Source: Candidatus Hodarchaeota archaeon (lineage in GTDB: Archaea > Asgardarchaeota > Lokiarchaeia > Sigyniarchaeales > SOKP01). Taken from it: a stretch of 19,080 bases of DNA. Location of the stretch: the NCBI GenBank assembly GCA_048887225.1, contig JBHLJY010000034.1:1-19080 (forward strand), read 5' to 3'. Below, in pieces: positions 15,464 through 19,080 of this stretch. Position numbers and translations under genes: made by a program. Every line of letters begins with the position of its first letter. The first letter of the stretch is position 1. Below the pieces are notes generated by a model. That model was not told the origin of the DNA. It searched no databases and saw only the letters and a program-made list of their open reading frames with translations.

Positions 15464-16582
15464 TTATTCGAAAGCTATTTCACTAATGTCAAATATATCA
15501 TCAGATAATTTTGATGAATTAGGTCCAACTTTAGCACTTGGCAAATCTGAATTGTAGAGTGATAAATTCTCTGAACTATTACCGAAAATTTGAGGTGATG
15601 AAATTCCAGTTATTAAAAGCATCACTCTTATATACCCATTAAATTCGTCGGAAACTCGTGCGCCCCATATTACCATAGAATTGGTAACATCCATTTTTTC
15701 ATATATTCTTTGCGCAACTGAATTAGCTTCAGCCAAAGTCATATCATTTCCTCCACATACGTGAATTAATGCCCCTTTAGCACCTTCAATTGATACATCT
15801 AATAATGGTAAATTCAGTGCATCTGTAATGGCTTCATCTACACGATTTTCTTTTCCATTTGATTCTCCAACACCGACAATCGCAACTCCACCAGTACTTA
15901 AGATAGTTCTTACATCAGCAAAATCTAAATTAATTAAAGATGGCAATGAAATTGTTTCAGTAATACCCTTAACCATACTCGCTAAAACCTCATCGGCTAC
16001 GCTGAAGGCTTCCATTATTGGTAGATCTGGAGCAATTTCTAACAAACGATTATTATCAATTACAACCAATGTATCAGCATATTGTTTTAATAGATTTAGT
16101 CCTTCCTTTGCTTTTTCAATTCTACCTACTTCTGTTGCAAATGGAATTGTTACTACTCCTACTACTATTGCACCTTCAAGTTTTGCTATTTCTGCTACAA
16201 TAGGAGCGCTTCCAGTTCCTGTTCCGCCACCTTCACCGCAGGTAATAAAGACTAAATCTGTATTTCTTAAAATTTTAGTTAAGTCTTCTCTTGATTCTTC
16301 AGCCGCAGCTCTCCCTATCTCTGGATTTCCTCCTGCTCCAAGACCTCTTGTTAAATTCCTGCCAATTAATGTTTTTATATGAGCATCTGTCGCATCAAGA
16401 TGTTGTTGATCAGTATTTAAAGCAACACATTTTGCTCCTTGAATTCCAATTTTCATTAATCGATCAAGCGTATTATTTCCAGCACCTCCACATCCAAGTA
16501 TCTTAATGTTCGCATGACCTAAACCATCTCTTCTTGAATAAATTCTCTCTCTTGTTCGAGCATTTCTAATGAAGCTTTCCAT
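15464..16582 (-). CDS. ftsZ: Cell division protein FtsZ (archaeal FtsZ2-like)
   Basis: GCGGAGNN, NTD, GLGAGGNPE, GGGTGTG, T7 loop LINLDFADV; DNNRLL, ETI..PSLINLD and R..KA.EGL resemble FtsZ2 more than FtsZ1. ATG 16582 (the ORF track starts at TTG 16588). Confidence 0.96.
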   Translation of the reverse strand: MESFIRNARTRERIYSRRDGLGHANIKILGCGGAGNNTLDRLMKIGIQGAKCVALNTDQQHLDATDAHIKTLIGRNLTRGLGAGGNPEIGRAAAEESREDLTKILRNTDLVFITCGEGGGTGTGSAPIVAEIAKLEGAIVVGVVTIPFATEVGRIEKAKEGLNLLKQYADTLVVIDNNRLLEIAPDLPIMEAFSVADEVLASMVKGITETISLPSLINLDFADVRTILSTGGVAIVGVGESNGKENRVDEAITDALNLPLLDVSIEGAKGALIHVCGGNDMTLAEANSVAQRIYEKMDVTNSMVIWGARVSDEFNGYIRVMLLITGISSPQIFGNSSENLSLYNSDLPSAKVGPNSSKLSDDIFDISEIAFE

Positions 16583-16640
16583 CCTCAATCACTTAATAAT
16601 TTTAATTTAATGATATAAAAAAAGATAGAAAACGAGAATT

Positions 16641-16704
16641 AATATTACAGTAATATTTGCGTATTATATTGACAATGTCATTATATTGTCATAACATTTA
16701 TATA
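16641..16704. promoter_or_regulatory. Operator-like palindrome and repeat cluster plus TATA box in the ftsZ / RHH-gene divergent interval
   Basis: AATATTAC-A-GTAATATT (16641-16657); TGACA-A-TGTCA (16670-16680); TGACAAT-N8-ATTGTCA (16670-16691); TTTATATA at 16697-16704. Confidence 0.55.
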
Positions 16705-16745
16705 GTTACTTTAATATTATTATTATAGAGAATTACAAAATTTAT

Positions 16746-17237
16746 ATGGATATGAATAATAAAATGTCAAAAAAAGAAGCTTACATACAGATTAGAATTA
16801 ATACCAAAGAAAAGGAAGAATGGGATAAATTTGCTAAAGAGAATAGATTTCCTTCTGTTTCTCAATTAATTCGATTTGCTGTTAATGAAATCATTGAAAG
16901 AGGGCTAAAAAGAACAATTGAAAATAACAATAAGATGAATAAAACTGAAGAGCTAAAACAAGTAAGAGAATTAATCACATCTTTTCAGGAAGAACGAAAA
17001 GAATATATGAAAGAAATAAAAGAGTTAAAAAAAGAAATAACTAATTCTAAGACCATAGTTAATAAGCAAAAGTTAAAAGGTCAGATTTTGAAACTTTTAA
17101 AATTTAGATCTTATACTTCCGAAGAACTTTCAATTGTTTTAGAAAAAGATGAACCTGAAATAATTAAAATCTGTAACGATTTAGAGGATAAGAAAATCAT
17201 CAAAATGAAAGCAAATTATGAATATGAGGTAATATAA
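16746..17237 (+). CDS. Putative DNA-binding regulator: ribbon-helix-helix + coiled coil + winged helix
   Basis: YIQIRINTKEKEEWDKFAKENRFPSVSQLIRFAVNEII fits the CopG/Arc RHH pattern; charged heptad-like middle; QILKLLKFRSYTSEELSIVLEKDEPEIIKICNDLEDKKII fits a wHTH. Confidence 0.75.
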   Translation: MDMNNKMSKKEAYIQIRINTKEKEEWDKFAKENRFPSVSQLIRFAVNEIIERGLKRTIENNNKMNKTEELKQVRELITSFQEERKEYMKEIKELKKEITNSKTIVNKQKLKGQILKLLKFRSYTSEELSIVLEKDEPEIIKICNDLEDKKIIKMKANYEYEVI

Positions 17238-17238
17238 A

Positions 17239-17583
17239 ATGGAAATCCTAAATAAAAATGATATTACATATAGTATCAATCAATATGACTTCGAGCTTAT
17301 AAACGGATATTTAAAAGAAGTAGAAAAACGATCTTATCAAGAATTCAGAAATCAGAAAGGAATTATTTTAGAATGTTTAAACTACATTGATAAATATATT
17401 AAAAAGATTACTATTTTAGATGTTAAGAATTATTTTGAAAAAATCGTTGATAAAAAATATAATAAAAGAACAGGTAAACCAATTAAATTAGATACAAAAG
17501 AAAATTATCGATCTAGGCCGAAAAAATACTATATCAATTTAAACTACTCAGACGATATTGAGTTTTTAAAAGAAAATAATTGA
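17239..17583 (+). pseudogene. Probable truncated tyrosine recombinase/integrase (N-terminal core-binding domain only)
   Basis: Helical pattern YIDKYIKKITILDVKNYF...IKLDTKENYRS resembles integrase N-terminal SAM-like domains; no catalytic R-H-xx-R-Y region follows. Starts 1 nt after the RHH gene stop. Confidence 0.5.
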
Positions 17584-17678
17584 ATAACAGAAGTATCATA
17601 TAATAGAGTAATAGTATAGAAATAAATGTGATTGATGAAATAGAAGACCTTCTTAGAAATGACTAATAAGCAAAGTAT

Positions 17679-17711
17679 ATATATTGAGGATCGGTCCGGA
17701 TATATTGAGGA
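17679..17711. repeat. 12-bp direct repeat ATATATTGAGGA flanking TCGGTCCGG
   Basis: Exact copies at 17679-17690 and 17700-17711 (21-nt period). Confidence 0.7.
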
Positions 17712-17824
17712 GAAGACAATCCACTTTAAAGAAAAAAAAAGAGATAAAAAAGTATCATACGGTAAGTAAATATGGAGGAGTCATTTATATCCAAGTGCTA
17801 AAATATATATAAAAATATTTGGTT

Positions 17825-18583
17825 TTATTTTACTAATTTAGAAAGTAATTTTCCATAATCACTTGGCAATAGCATAATTATTTTTTGTGAAGGATCTTGG
17901 GAAATGTCTCTAAGAGTTGACAATGTTCGTAAATATAGAGCGCCTGGAGCTTTGCCCATTTCTTGGGCTGCTTTACTTAAGTTTCCAGCAGCCTCCATTT
18001 CTCCTTGTGAGGCAATTATCGAAGCTCTCTTCTCACGCTCTGCTTCTGCTTGAGCCGCCATTGCTCTCTGGATATTTTCTGGTAGACTGAATTCTTGCAT
18101 TTTTATGCTTTGAATATCGATCCCCCATGTGGCCGTTTCCTTATCAACTATATTCTTAATATCAGTTGCAATTTTTTCTCTTTGTGTTAAAACATTATCT
18201 AATTCCATATTACTTAGAACATCTCTAATGGCAGTTTGAGTATATTGTAGTACAGCGTATTTGTAGTTTTCAATTTTAGTTATTGCCCATTCTGGATTCT
18301 CGACTTTAAAATAGACTACTGTATTCGCGATCGCGGGAATGTTATCTTTTGTTATAAACTTTTGTGAAGGTATATCCAGTGTCATAATTCTTAGACCAAG
18401 TTTTTTAGATTTTTCAAATATCGGCAATTTGTACACCACACCAGGTCCAGCAGTTCTTTTATATTTTCCTAACCGAAAAATAACCATTCGTTCATATTCA
18501 AGAACTACTCTTAATCCACTCAATATCCAAATTAGTACGAAAATCCCTATTACACACCATAGAATTATTAACATTGTATCCAT
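17825..18583 (-). CDS. SPFH/band 7 stomatin-like (slipin) membrane protein
   Basis: N-terminal TM helix, EYERMVIFRLGK, GPG, ITKDN, WGIDI, RAMAAQAEAEREKRASII.SQGE, ALYLRTL; GGAGGGAG Shine-Dalgarno upstream. Confidence 0.94.
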   Translation of the reverse strand: MDTMLIILWCVIGIFVLIWILSGLRVVLEYERMVIFRLGKYKRTAGPGVVYKLPIFEKSKKLGLRIMTLDIPSQKFITKDNIPAIANTVVYFKVENPEWAITKIENYKYAVLQYTQTAIRDVLSNMELDNVLTQREKIATDIKNIVDKETATWGIDIQSIKMQEFSLPENIQRAMAAQAEAEREKRASIIASQGEMEAAGNLSKAAQEMGKAPGALYLRTLSTLRDISQDPSQKIIMLLPSDYGKLLSKLVK

Positions 18584-18703
18584 TTAACTCCCTCCTTTTT
18601 ATTTTTTTTTAATTTCTATTTTTTATTTTTATATTTTACATTTATGTACGTTCACTATTTAAAAATTATTAAATAAAATATTGATTTTCTTTCTTTAGGA
18701 ATA

Positions 18704-19045
18704 ATGCCCCAAGACATAAACGATATGATGTTTTGCGAAAGTTGTAAGATGAATGCTTTTCCTAGCAAATCAAAATTTAATATGGTTCATTTTGGGATAT
18801 GGACAGTTGTTATGTTTATTATCGTTTTAATTTTCCTCGCTTCATTATCACCATTTTTAGGGGGAATTTTATTTTTCCTCTATTTTATGTGGGGTTTTAC
18901 ATTCCTCAATCCTTATCTTATTGTTTATGCTCTCAAGAAAAAAGGATATTGTCCAAGATGTCAACAAAAATTAGTGGAAAAAAATATAGAATATCAACCA
19001 TTTGGAAATAAAGAACCCGAAGTTTTTAAAGAAATAAGACCGTAA
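18704..19045 (+). CDS. Small membrane protein with split zinc ribbon (CxxC-hydrophobic hairpin-CxxC; LITAF-like architecture)
   Basis: CESC (aa 11-14), hydrophobic stretch aa ~29-77, YCPRC (aa 82-86). Confidence 0.7.
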   Translation: MPQDINDMMFCESCKMNAFPSKSKFNMVHFGIWTVVMFIIVLIFLASLSPFLGGILFFLYFMWGFTFLNPYLIVYALKKKGYCPRCQQKLVEKNIEYQPFGNKEPEVFKEIRP

Positions 19046-19080
19046 ATAATTATCTCTTAATAAAACATTTATGTACTTTC

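Noticed and set aside
16205-16240. FtsZ signature GEGGGTGTG instead of G[ML]GGGTGTG, suggesting a CetZ/tubulin-like or inactive protein
   Set aside because: Glu at this position occurs in bona fide FtsZs, and the T7 loop NLDFAD is intact.
15828-16506. 184-aa antisense ORF and two short ORFs opposite ftsZ
   Set aside because: Antisense shadows of a highly conserved gene.
17581-17620. Selenocysteine readthrough of the TGA at 17581
   Set aside because: No redox or Cys-homologous context, a TAG follows about 12 codons later, and no SECIS-like element is evident.
18339-19011. ORFs 18339-18587 and 18799-19011
   Set aside because: Antisense to the SPFH gene and off-frame within the zinc-ribbon gene, respectively.
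1-19080. CRISPR array, intact IS/transposase or defence system
   Set aside because: No regularly spaced repeats and no transposase or cas-like ORFs seen.

Overview
AT-rich archaeal chromosomal window; the gene set and protein style suggest an Asgard archaeon, probably Lokiarchaeia (inference, not a database result). In order: the 5' end of a 23S rRNA gene (minus strand, running off the left edge) with a ~380-nt structured leader and no adjacent 16S; an MFS transporter; a DUF72 protein ending in a canonical PCNA-binding PIP box; CoA-pathway genes (ketopantoate reductase, phosphopantothenate synthetase); an Ard1-type N-acetyltransferase; aRF1; a Get3/ArsA ATPase; an NcsA/TtuA tRNA thiolase; a PDZ-containing site-2 protease with an unusual C-terminal insert; an intron-containing initiator tRNA-Met; an RPA32-like OB+wHTH protein; an aIF2beta-DUF424-NMD3-RIO1-Dim2 cluster lacking aIF1A; an FtsZ2-type ftsZ; a divergent RHH-coiled coil-wHTH regulator with operator-like repeats followed by a probable truncated integrase (likely decayed mobile element); a stomatin/SPFH protein; and a LITAF-like CxxC-membrane-CxxC protein. 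The window is mostly housekeeping and I see no unambiguous new multi-gene system. Best leads: the PIP-box DUF72, the RHH/ftsZ divergent locus with its integrase remnant, the unlinked 23S with its structured leader, the S2P insert and the intron-bearing initiator tRNA.
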